This document shows positions 39,301-51,774 of a DNA stretch of 64,000 nt, piece after piece. The notes beneath the pieces are model-generated. The model ran no database searches, was not told where the DNA came from, and was given only the letters and a program-made list of their open reading frames with translations. Origin of the DNA: Isurus oxyrinchus (taxonomy: Eukaryota); assembly GCA_026770705.1 (NCBI GenBank), contig JANJGN010000007.1:34162001-34226000 (forward strand), in the 5' to 3' direction. The first letter of the stretch is position 1, and each line of letters opens with the position of its first letter. The position numbers and the translations under genes are program-made.

Positions 39301-40599
39301 TGGGAAAATGGACAAAAGAAAAATAAAATATCGAAAACCCACATTTTCAAATGAGGGGGTTGAGAGCACTTACATTATTTTAAAATTTTACAGACTGTAA
39401 TTGCCAGGAAATAATAGTCTGGCTTAATGCGTAGAAAAGAAATGCTGGGCTGTATTTTATGGGGGAGGGGATATATGTCTACTAGTGATCTGACACCTAT
39501 AATCCTGCCGATCTAGGAATTAGGTTTACGGTGATTGTGACCGTAGAAAATATTTGCCTAGCTGGACGGTACCAATTTGTACCCTTTAACTTTCGATTGC
39601 AAACTACTACAAAAGCTCGCAATTGCCACAAATCATCGTTAAATCAGGAGGAAATCAGTATCTCTGTTCCGAAAGCTACGTTTCCAACATCTAGACGTGT
39701 TCTTTATGACTGAACATTCAGTATTATGCAGCTTCTGAAAACGTTTTCGATGTGCTCATGCACACTGTTCTGCTATTACTTGAAACTCATCCCGAAATGG
39801 AGCGATCCGCCGAGAAATTTGTGTGGTTACGAATTACGGGTTGCTCATTTTGGTAACATGTTTAAAGAACTAGAGACACGAGTCCTCAGCGCCAAATCCA
39901 CCATAATCATTTCTCAGGGAACGGCATGGTACTGCGGCAGTAATATTCACGGTACAAGCGGAAGACAAGTGGCATTGTGCTCAATGTCAATCCTCCATTT
40001 TCGGCATCTGAAAGTGGCCCCTTTCGGGAGGGAGAGCCACGTGACATTAGAAGATTAATTGTCGGTGCAATCGGGCTGATTAAAAAAACACATCTTAATT
40101 CATTATTTGTTGTGCCAGGTTTCGCTAGTTTCCTTCGTTGCAACTGGTTAGAAAACTTAACGACGCAGAGCAAAGTAAATAAATCAGAGCCATGCGCCGT
40201 CCTTCCTACCCACAGCTTCAGAGCACAATCACTCAGCAGTGCTGAATAAAATCAAATTCTCTTGTATATGATGCCTTTCAGTAAAGTGCGCTAAATGGCC
40301 AATAACCTACAGTAATTGAAGAAATGCCGAACCGTCTACTTTCATACTAAGTGAAAGAAGAATTCATTGCCATAGCTAATGGTTTAATAATCGTGTTTGC
40401 TGTTAAAGAGTGCCGATTATTATTATTTTTTTCTGGAACATTTTAAGTTTTGGGTCAAATTCGCTCTGTTTAATTAAAGGTGCTTCGGAAGCGCAGGATT
40501 TGTGAGTAGCCTAAGCCTGTGTCTGCAGCCGGGATGTTTTTCAGTTCATGAGGAATAAGGAGAGCTGCTATAGGCTGGATGAAGTGCTGGGTGGCTCCT

Positions 40600-41024
40600 T
40601 TCAGGGCGGAGAGAGAGGGGGGAGAGAGAGAGAGAGAGAGAGAGAGACGAAATCACGTGAGTTAATGATGTTGCAAGCCTCCCAACTCTCGCTCTCTCCC
40701 GACAAGATCGTACGGTTTAGATATCCGGAAAAGTTACAAATCAGTCCAAGTGAATAAGCAACAGCACGGCCGAGCGAGCTAGCGGCTCAGAGACAGGATC
40801 GCGCTCTTTAAGGCTACCACTTTCCCTGCATCCTAAAAGAGAATGTGTCAAAATGAAGTTTGTTGCCTCGAAATGAAACCTCGCTCTGGTGTGGAGCACT
40901 GAACAGCTCAGAACTTGTGGAATTCAGTGAGCAGCCGCAGCAGTATTGAGGGGAACATCAACCTGCATTATTGGTGTCTTTCGCCCACCCCCCCTCTTCT
41001 CAGCTGCATTGTGGCGTAAAGAAA
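40600..41024 (+). promoter_or_regulatory. BARX1: BARX1 proximal promoter and 5' UTR
   Basis: (GA)n 40609-40647, TCACGTGA 40653-40660, CpG-rich, directly upstream of the start codon; TSS not locatable from sequence. Confidence 0.6.
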
Positions 41025-41229
41025 ATGATGCAGAATCCCCTGGAGCTGGAAGCTCATTACCTGCCTCACGAGCCGATCCATGATTATAGGTCTCACCGAT
41101 ACAGGAGCTTTATGATCGAGGAGATACTGACTGAACCCCCGGGCCCAGGCAAAGTCACGAATGGGGGAGAGCTCCTCAAATTCGGGGTTCATGCCCTGCT
41201 CAACAGTCGGCCCTACCACAGCCATCTAG
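41025..41229 (+). CDS. BARX1: BarH-like homeobox 1, coding exon 1
   Basis: [43 protein letters not shown] with eh1/FIL-type motif; donor G|GTAGGT, phase 1. Confidence 0.95.
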
Positions 41230-42662
41230 GTAGGTGGAAACCTTTCCTAACTCTTAGCCTCCTTTATGTAGGTTACGTTATTAAAACCTGGCTTCCAAAT
41301 TATTCTAATCTGCTCCCTCAAAATGCTTCCATTTGTAACACAAGAACAGTGTTTTCCACAGTGTGCAAGCTGGTGGCTGGTTATTTCACAGATGGAACAT
41401 TCACTCTCCAGCGACGACACTGTCAATTTAATTTAGCTTTACGTTGTAGGTGGCACGTAATATGCAACAAATGACACAAAATGGAATTATCCTGGATACA
41501 ATAATCTCACAAATTGAAACAGAGAATGAAATAAATCGAAGCAATGTGATGAAATAGTTGGCCACTATAAATATTTTGTCGAGGCCTAGGCAAAGTGGTG
41601 CAGAAATGCAGGCACTGAAGAAAAGCTGCCAGAGCATTGTAAGCAGACCGCAAGTTTGATATTAGACAATAACTGTTGCATATTTTTCATATGCTATCTA
41701 TAATCTAACAAAAATGTATCCGGTGTTTAAATTTTCTCGCATTATTATCCAATACTCCAGGCATATTTTCCTAGAATTTGCAGTATGTGCTCAGGTCGGA
41801 AATACATGGTTGAAAGGTATTCTAACCCCAAAGCCCCAGTGTAATCTCAGCGTTTATTTTGCAAAGGAGAATCTCACCTCTTCCAAGGCACAAACACACA
41901 CGCGCGCGCATAAATGACCAGCATTACACCAAACTTTAACATCCTCCAAAATCAACCCTTACTTAAAATAGTAAGCATTTTTCACAAAAATGTCACAATT
42001 CTTTCAATCGAAATCCAGAGTCGTGTCATTGCACATCGTGGAAAAGAAATTTGTGAATGATGTGGCAAATTGAATAATTTCCTGTTTCCTTAAAGACAAC
42101 TGGCGTATACAAGACAATTTTGCAGTGCTGCTGCAAAGGGTAGTATTTATCACCTTGTTACTAAATGAAATTATACTCAGTACTGTAAAGGAATGTAAAT
42201 AATTAACAGATTCCTATAATGAAGAGTGCAATATAATTTAAAATGGCATTTTTTTTGTTCGAACAATGAATTACCAGCCATTAAAAAGCTGCAGTGAAGA
42301 AATGCGAGATATTATTTTCGCTAGTAAAAAACAAAGTTTGAATATATTTTAGATATTGATGTTTGTTTTAAAGTCTGATTTTTTCCCCATATAATCATGA
42401 CAGCGTGATGCAATTGTTCTTGGGGAACCGATGGTTCCACGTTAATCTATATATTTAAATAATATCGTAGTTACGTGTAACAAAATGGTGCAGTGAAAAT
42501 GTATTTTAAAATGTTACAACATTTCACTGACATTTATCAATCTTTGTTAAATATATTGTACGTTGTGTCCACGAAGGCAGATTTAATTAGCGATATAGTG
42601 AAGTACAAGTTTTGAGTTCACTCCAACATTGGCCGTAACATTTGTGCCCGATGTGCTTACAG

Positions 42663-42957
42663 CCGGCCTGAAAACAGACCACACTGGAGTTTTTAAGTTC
42701 CCGCTGGGTCCGATCTCGTGTAGTCTTGCCGCGCCGTTGGGTTCAGCGTTGGTATCTGGAGGATCGAGCCTGCCCACCGGGCCCGGAGGTCCGCACCTTC
42801 CCTTAGACCTGCACCTCCGCTCCAAGCTCGAGCAAGGTCCCGAACCAGGAAACAAAGCAAAAAAAGGCAGGAGGAGCCGAACAGTCTTTACTGAACTGCA
42901 ACTAATGGGACTCGAGAAACGATTTGAAAAGCAGAAATATCTCTCAACACCAGACAG
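42663..42957 (+). CDS. BARX1: BARX1 coding exon 2 (N-terminal part of homeodomain)
   Basis: Acceptor cttacAG; [15 protein letters not shown]...[32 protein letters not shown]; donor AG|GTAACT, phase 2. Confidence 0.97.
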
Positions 42958-43669
42958 GTAACTTTGTAAATCGCCCCTTTATTTTTTTAAAAAAAACTAG
43001 ATAAATTTTAAAAAGCATAACTGGACACTTTTCACAGACACAACTCAGCAGAGAACGCTAGTTTGCATTCTGCTGCCCAGTAACATTTAATTTTATATTA
43101 TTTTAGACATTTAATTGTTAACGATACTGTAACGGTTTATTGCGTTGAAACCTGTTGTTTTCAGTTGAAGGAGATCAGAAAAGTTTCCACCCTTCTCCCT
43201 TAAAATCACTGATAGTTTTGATCATTTACCCTGACCCCCACAATGAACAGGCCAAAACAAACGAGGGTATAAATTTAAAAATACAGAAACTGATTCACCA
43301 GCTAATGAGCAACATGAAGAACCAGTGTGGCGCATCACCATTTCATCCAGTTGATCTCACAGGGATATTCCCAATAAATTTTCTCTCCACAACCTAAACA
43401 TGCAGATTAATTCTAATGGCAAAGAGGGCAAGTTGTATCTTGGGTTTAGCATCTGTATAATCGGGGAGGTGGAAGGGTAACGACAGGCAACCCAATGTTA
43501 ACTACACCAACGGTTATTGCGCATCATTTTCAAAGTGCAGCGTTAATTTACAAGCCCCGCAGACCGTTCAACACGTGAAATTGCTGTACCATCGACTCTC
43601 ATTGCTATTTGAAGTGCATTACATTTTGATTTGCCCAAATATATCTACTTATTTTTTTTTAAAATACAG

Positions 43670-43754
43670 AATAGACCTAGCAGAATCTTTGGGCCTTAGT
43701 CAACTTCAGGTGAAAACTTGGTACCAAAACCGAAGAATGAAGTGGAAGAAAATA
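43670..43754 (+). CDS. BARX1: BARX1 coding exon 3 (homeodomain helices 2-3)
   Basis: Acceptor tacAG after a T-tract; [28 protein letters not shown] with the Bar-class TWYQN; donor |GTAAGT, phase 0. Confidence 0.97.
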
Positions 43755-43842
43755 GTAAGTATTCTATGTCATGGGTTTTCAGCAACGAAAATGTGCGTGG
43801 AATAGTAGTGGCTCGTTGCTAAGCTAGTATTTTATTTTAAAG

Positions 43843-44007
43843 GTATTGCAAGGTGGAGGCTTGGAGTCCCCGACAAAGCCGAAAGGTCGTCCAAAGAAGA
43901 ACTCCATTCCTACAAGTGAACAACTTTCAGAGCAAGAGAAGGTAAAACAAGCCGAAAAACAAATCGAGAATTCCCCATCACCTTCTGAAGTTAATCAGGA
44001 AGAATAA
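43843..44007 (+). CDS. BARX1: BARX1 coding exon 4 (not in the ORF track)
   Basis: After an 88-bp intron: [54 protein letters not shown]; exons sum to 205+295+85+165=750 nt (249 aa plus stop). Confidence 0.96.
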   Translation, partial: VLQGGGLESPTKPKGRPKKNSIPTSEQLSEQEKVKQAEKQIENSPSPSEVNQEE

Positions 44008-44929
44008 CGCTTCAAGATGGTTAAAGTAAAACTATATACATCCTCATGTGGTGTTGACGCCAATTTTACAGACTGACCTTGAAACTCCAGCGAGCCACGT
44101 GTCTAACGATGTTAACGCGTCATACATATGGAATTTACACCCAAACTGTAAATGTCAGCTCCACCTTTGAATTATACTGTTTTCCCTCTCTCCAAACACC
44201 AGCTGATGGAATTTATCGCTGACAGATTCACCAATATTATATTTTAATAAGCAATTAGTTACACATGGAGTTTGGATCAATTTGCCGTTGATATGGAAGT
44301 TTGTTGCCTAACGCATATCCGGTTTTATCAAATTGTTTTCATTCCCTGAGTAAGATTGTCGAGACAGAACTCAGAACTGTTTAGTGCAACAAAATGATCA
44401 CATTTCTCTTCGAATTATAAGCAATTTAGCATTTTAGCGTCTTTCTTACACACGTTTTGGTTACATAAAATTAAAGCTCAGAATTACACTTTGTGTAAAC
44501 AGTCTTTCCAACACCTTCTCCTACAAAATGTCAGTATTGTTGAGGGAGATGCAGTTATCGTGACTTCTATTTTAGGTTTCAGCCTACAATCCTGTGGTGC
44601 CTCTCTGTCAAGTTAGTTTTATAAATATTTTGACCAAAGCAGTTTGATAGTAAGTACAATATGTTATGGCTCAGTGCAAAAGAGCCACAGCTGCAGTAGC
44701 AGATTTGAAGTGTTTGTACCAAGTACCGAATTTATATATGATTTCATACACTTGTGAAAGGTAGGAGAAATTGTAAATAATTCTTGAAACAATGACTATG
44801 GCTCAATGCCAAAAGCGTGTCTTATGCCTTTCGACAAGAGAAAAGTACAGAAATTTTGATATCTAATTAAATGTGCTTGTATTTTTAAATTTATATTTCC
44901 GTTTATACTACCCTTACACGGATACAAAC

Positions 44930-44935
44930 AATAAA
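44930..44935 (+). terminator. BARX1: Candidate BARX1 polyadenylation signal
   Basis: AATAAA ~920 nt after the stop, with U-rich sequence upstream and downstream. Confidence 0.6.
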
Positions 44936-45984
44936 AGATTAGCCAGTCCTCGTATTTATATATTTTTTATTATTTTAATACTTTAAAAAAAAGTCTGCGC
45001 GCGGTTAGACTCGAAAATATATTAAGCCATTATAATTAGACGAGGGTTGGTATTTTTGTGTGCAAGTTTAATCCTCAGGGCGCATATTATAAAACAATGT
45101 TATATTTATATTCCTCACAGGATTCCTTCCTTAAATCTTACAACTTATAACGGTTAACGTTTTTAGCTATCGTACATAAACAGCAAATAAAATCCTGCAT
45201 TGGATGTTAAGGAAATTCAAACTGTTTAGATTCCACATATTCAGGAAGACGAGGTACTCAGTTAACCATAAGTTAAATGCATATGTAAATGCTAGTTACA
45301 CGTTTTTACAAATCACTGCTTTCCCTGCAACTGTTCATTCGCAGTTTGTTCCCGCTTCCGTCTCCAATCATGATTATGTTGTTCTGTTCCCATCAAATCC
45401 TCTCACGTACTTTCAATTTTAATATACATTGACTTTTCTTGGTAGCTGCCACATAGTAAAAGAAATTATTTTTTCCTCCTTGCCAATATTGCCACACGAT
45501 TGAAATCAAACGGCTAAACATAGCTATGTATTCTGACTGATTGGATGCAAAACCACTAGCAAGTTGGTGAATAACCCAAAGATTAATCAAGTTTATTAAA
45601 GTTATGTTAAAAGAATCTTAGGCGCAGGGAATGCTGCTTCCCTGCACTGCAAACAACTCTGTGCAGAAGTACAAAGGCTCACTGAAAGGCAATGATTGTT
45701 AACTTGCCGTTTCCAAAAAAAGTGGGAGGGGGTGCTGGCAAAAACCGAACTGCTGCTATACGCAGGACGCAGCTTCACCGTTACGGGTCTGTGATTTGCT
45801 TTTAAGTGGTCCGGTGCCACATGACCTGTGCCCCACTCAATTATTCCAAAAAGAGGTCTGCGTCAGTCAAAAAACATTACATATCGAATAAAGATATGAT
45901 ATACTCAGGCATAAAGCGTGCCGGACTCCTTTACGCTTGTTGTTCCGGTAGATCACATATCATTCCCTAGGGAAAATGTTGGAA

Positions 45985-47220
45985 TCTATTATTAGGGACA
46001 TGGTAACAGGAAATCATAAAGTGAAAACCGAAGTTTAATACAGATTTGTGAAAGGGAAATGGTGTTTGACAAATCTGTTGGTGTTTTGCGGTTGTAACTA
46101 GTAAGTTAGATAAGGAATGTGGTGTATTTGGATTTTCAAAAATAAATGATAAGGTACCACACACGTGGTTGATGTACAAAATTACATCATTACATGGGAT
46201 TGGGGTAACATACTAGCAAGGACTGAGGGCTGATTGACAGACCTGGAATAAACGGCTCATTTTCAGGTTGGCAGGCTGGAACCAGTGGATACAGTGCTTG
46301 GGCCTCAGCTACTTACAAGCTACGTTAGTAATTAGACGATGAAACCGAGAGTAGGTATCCAGGTTTGCTAAGAATACAAGGTTAAATTGGAAATTAAGCT
46401 GTGAGGAGGACACCAAGAGGCTGCAAAGGGATATAGACAAGTTAACTATGTGAGTGGGTGAGGTCGAAGCAGATGGGATTATAATGTGGCAAAATGTGAA
46501 GTCTTCCACCTTGGCAGGAAAATAGAAAAGTAGATTTTTTTAAATTGTGAGAGATTGAGACATGTTGGTATTCAGACGGACCTGGGTCACTTGCACACAA
46601 ATCACAGAACATTACCATGAAGGTACACCAGGCTATGAAATCAAATGGTATGTTAGCCTTTATTACAAAGGAAGGTGTCTTACTGCAAATATATAGGGCC
46701 TGTGTGAGGCCACACCTGAAGTACTGTGTACAGTTTTGGTCTCATTAGCTAAGAAAGGGCATACTTGCTTTCAAAGGACTGCAACAACCGTTCACTAGAC
46801 TGAGTCCTGGACTGGGAGGATTGTTTTATGAGGAGAGATTGAGGAGACTAGGCCTTTTTCTGCTCGAGTTTGGAAAAAGGAAATGTGATCTAATTGAAAA
46901 ATATAAACTTCTTAAGGGACTTAGGGTCAATGTTGGGAGGATATATCCCCTAGCTGAGGAGTCATAGTCTTAGAGCATAGGGTCAGTCATTTAGGACTGA
47001 GATGAGGAGAACAGAATGTTTGGAATTCTCTACCACAGGGCCGTGGACGTGCAGTTGTTGAACATATTCAAGAAAGAGATTGGTAGATATTTTAGATACA
47101 CGGGAATGTGGGAATTGTGCAGGAAGGCGGAATTAAGGTAAGAGTTAAGCCATGGCCATATTGAATGGGGGAGCAGGCTGGAAAGGCCGAACGACCTGCC
47201 CCTGCTTCTTATATTCTTAC
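45985..47220 (+). mobile_element. CR1 LINE 3' ~1.2 kb, decayed
   Basis: DFQK..DKVPH, LQRDID, KCEV.HLGR, RPHLKYCVQFWS motifs and a CR1-like 3' UTR ending ttcttatattctta. Confidence 0.85.
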
Positions 47221-50200
47221 GCACCTGGTAGCCTAATCCAAAACCAACATACTTGTTTTTTTCCATCTTTGTCGACCATCTTATTGAAGTTTTAGGATGC
47301 CAATTCAATTTTGGATTATGTAGAGATATGACTACTTTATCAATCTATTTATGCACTGTATAATTGTGGATTACTGCCAATGCATACTTCAAACAAAAGC
47401 AAAACTAACTTAAGCTATTAAACAATTTTCTCAGTGTCTGACATCTCTCAGTTTGCCTTAATATTTAAGATGTGTTTTTAACCAAAACTGTTTCGACTTT
47501 TTACTGTCAACTGCGTGGAAAATAAATGTAATTACACAATCCTTAAGTTGTTAACTCTTGAAATATAACTCCCGTTTAGCCTAAATGATGAAAGAACAAA
47601 TGCTTCATGACTGTTGTCGCGGATATTCAATCCTAAAACTAACACATTCATTACATATAAGTAACAATTATTATTGTAGCAAGAACGGATTCTAGATCCC
47701 ATAACTTTATGTTCGCTATCAAGCCGTTCGGAGTTAACGATGAATTCTAAACTAAGATGGTTCACATAATAGGATAGAAAGTGTATTTACAAGTTAACTA
47801 CAAGGCCAATTCCGACGAATGGAACCTAAGTAAACTTTGCAGCAACGGGTATTGAAAATTCAAAGCGTTTTAAATAGAAAAAAATACAAATATAACACCC
47901 CGAAGCATACAGGTTTAACTCCACGTTTGGCTGATTCTGATTATTCCGATTAATCTAATATTCAAGAGACACGCATATTCCGATTCTACAAACTCAAATC
48001 TGAGAGACGAAAAGGAAAACACTACATTTCTACAATATCAACTCGGAAAAGTACTTCGGTCAATTGCAAAATGTTTTAAATTAATAACGAAACTGTTTTA
48101 GTGTTGACAGAATTATTGTCAATTGGCCGGTTTAAATTTAGTTATCCTTATTAATCAAACTAAATATTATGAAGTGGAAAGGTGCTTTAATTTGACTAGG
48201 TTTAATATGTACACACATCATATATCGGTATTTACATATCATACACAAATAGATATGCAACTAACTGGAATGATGCAATGAATTCGCGTTTTTATACTTT
48301 TGAATGAATAACAGGCTAGAGAGGCCAATACTTACTAAAGTTAAAACAAATACTTGCCCCCTGAAAATATGACATTCATATTTGCTGTGAAAACCTGCAT
48401 GGGGTTTGGGGTATGGGTGAGGGGCGCGGTGGGGGAGTAGGTTAATGCGGGAATGTTAACACGACATCATGTCTATTTAAGCTAGGATCATTGCAATATT
48501 TAATTAGAACAATGTCATAATAATTATTACATTTGAAAATAGTAATTTTATTCAAGTTCAGTTAAAACAATGCATGCATTACCAATTTACACTCCTGTTG
48601 ATTCGGTCACCCCTTTGCCCACACTGAGCTTAAAAAGAACTTCGGCCATATAAAATCTGGCTGCTTCCATTTTATTTGTTACCTGTACTGAACCCCACGT
48701 GATAAAATAAAATAAAGACAAATGGGGATATAGGCATCGGGGAAAAAACGCTAGGTGGAAATAGTGCTGCTTCGATGATGCTTGAAACATTTCACCATAT
48801 TTAAAAGCAGGCTGAAAATGAGGAACACACTAACTTTCCCCCAGAGTTATATCAAGTGAAGTTCTCTTTTAGCAGGCCAGGAAACCCTGGAGTCAAAAGG
48901 TGAAAAGGTGCGCCATACAGGTGTGGAAACCCAGGACTGCAGTTCGTGTGATTGACATTTGCAGAATAACAATGTCAGCACTGTGCTCCCGTGAAGGCTT
49001 GAATCTGATGGTTATCAGATGAGCTACTGGCCAATCCCACTGAAATCAAACACAGCTGGCCAAAATTATGCCAGCATCCTAACACTTTGTAATAAAGCAG
49101 AGTCCAAAATAAGCATTTTCCTCGGTCTCTTTAAATATATATATATATTTTAGAACCTATGGAGCTTAGAGTGTACTGAACCGCAGTTTCCTAACTGCTT
49201 TTCAACTTGATGTTCAGCATAGGAATCAAACAGAAACACGTCTATTTTAAAGACACATGACATAATAAATTCAGTCCTCGTGGTTCAACTGAGAAATTCA
49301 ATCTAAATCGTTTTTCAACATATTTCAGGCTTAGAAAACAACCCAGACAGTTGTTTAAAATAGTTAATATTGTATAAACTAAACGTTGACTTCGGTATTT
49401 TCTCAGTATTGCTACAATGCCCTGTTATTTATACTAAGTTAAACTTGTTGAGAAATATTAGGCATGTAAAGAAAGCTTTTGTATGTATGATTTTGTATGT
49501 AGAAGTCAGCCCACATGGGTCTATTTGGCATCCTGTCGATTCAATAATATATTTCCCCAAGTTAAACAAAGAAGCTGTAGTGCAATTTGACGAAGCCACA
49601 GTAAAATTCAATACAAATCATAGATACAAACCATGCAGACCGGTACACAATTGCATTCTAACACTAATGAGAAGGGCAAAGAAAAAGTGACACACCAAGC
49701 AATACCGGTTGGTATGCAGTGAACACATGTTAGAATTAATGCACTGGGATGATTAGGTTAAATAGGCAATTAACCTTTCATTTCATTGGAGAATTTCTCC
49801 TAATTTGGCCTAATGGCTAAAGTTATTACGACTATTTAGTAGAATGATTGTAATGACATAACCCTTCTTCAAAAAAAACATTCAGAACACATCGTTAAGA
49901 AAATAACTGAGGCTTCTCAGAGAGGGAATGGAGAGTCAATTGTTTACTTCTGAAACTGCCTTTCCAGCTAATGTTTCTAGCCTTGCTCTACGTCATACCA
50001 GTTTCTTAGGTAAGGAAGGTATGCCACAAAACAGAGTGCTATTGATAATTGAATAATTGAATAATTTCCTTGCTGTATGTTAACAGCAAGTTAGGGTACA
50101 TGGCAATGATAATAAAGCCGGAACTATCTCGTCAAATACTCAACTTTCTTTCTAGTTTGGCTAAGTGATATTTTAACTAGCCTCAACGGTTGAATTTTGT

Positions 50201-51690
50201 TTCTCCTCAGTTATGGTTGTGATGTAGGAATACTTAGGATCACGCAATTCCCTTTAGCCTTTGCAAAGTATTGACCAAAATTATTGTATTAAAATTCGAG
50301 ACGCTATTTCTTACGATTCGATACGGTTACTTTAGGTGCTTTTGAAGCCATGCAATACACTCGTAAACACGAGTTAATAATGAAAGTGCAATACAAGTGC
50401 TCAGAGAAGCTACGGCTCTCACTTTAAAATCACTTCAGTAAAATGTACATGATAGTAATGATCCGAGTTAACAATCAGCCGTTCAAAAGCGCGAATTTGT
50501 TTTATATTCTTTGATACTGTCAATATGCAATCTCCTCACCACTCAATCACGTCGATTTGTTGATGAGTGTAATTTTAAAACATTAGGTTCTGTGGAATTA
50601 AAGGATGTAAATTGGCTGTGGAGTTTTCCCCCTACATTGCAACAGATGCCACATTCAAGAGTACCTCTGACTGAAGAGCTTTGGATCCTCCCGACAGCGT
50701 AAAAAAGCAGAAATGCAAGTTTATTTTACTTCTTTCAGAATAAATTACACATGTTTTCAATATGAACACCAGAATAATACATTAATATGTGAATGACATT
50801 CTTTTTATTATAAATATTACACGATTTAAATCATGATTCTTCACGACTTGTGAGATTAGTGTATACTGAATAATTATATCCTAGATATCAATTATATTGA
50901 GTTTGAATGTGAATGTTCTCAAGCTTGCAACCGTACCGGAAATCTGTATACATCTGGCTGAACATAAATAAAATGCATTATACCTTGTAATGAGGTCTGG
51001 TGTAGGCGCCGGTTTCCATGTTACATCTGTCATACATTTCTGAATCACTGTTAAAAGATGTGATACCGTAGTTTCTTTCATTGTCATATGCCATCATTAT
51101 GAGACATGTTGTCAAGCAGCTCCCGATCTGAGGAGTACTAAAAACCATGAACATTGCAATAAAACTGCAATAAACAAAGACTCGTTTGTACCGAGTTACT
51201 GAGCCAGTTGTAATCTCGCCATTCACATATTTCACGGGTGACTGGATAAATACTCGCAAGCAATACTGTTTCTTAGAAACTATTGCTACTACAATATATC
51301 TTTACTGAATTGCTCTTCGTTTGCCGAAGGCAGACAAGGCCAACCTAATTCCTTCTGATTTTCACGTGGTCAAAGCGCAAAATATAGAGGCAGAGAAGGG
51401 AGCAAGACTTAATGGCAATATTCATATTACCCAAGCATGGAGTGTATTTCTGATGGTGAATACTATCCTGTTTACAGTCAACACCGTGCCTGGGTGCTTT
51501 GCGTAGACATGGTTACATGCATTCAACATTTTTATGTTTTACATCCAATAACATGATCCATACAATAAGAAGCACAAGAGCGAGTACATCCTGTACATTG
51601 CGGAGTTTATAGAATTTCTCACCCTGCGACCAAATGACGAGCTTCTGAATTGTTTTAATTGACTATATATTATCAATGTAAACTGCAGGT

Positions 51691-51774
51691 CCACAAATGC
51701 TGCCTGACCTGCTGAGTATTTCCAGCATTTTCGGTTTTTATTTCAGATTTTCAGCATCCGCAGTATTTTGCTTT
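51691..51774 (+). mobile_element. Isolated 3' tail of the Penelope-derived family
   Basis: ccacaaatgctgcctgacctgctgagtatttccagcatttt...ttcagcatccgcagtattttgcttt matches 21685-21760. Confidence 0.75.

Noticed and set aside
40971-41474. 167-aa ORF taken as a single-exon protein
   Set aside because: Only 41025-41229 is BARX1 exon 1; the rest is a non-ATG upstream extension and intron read-through past the GTAGGT donor
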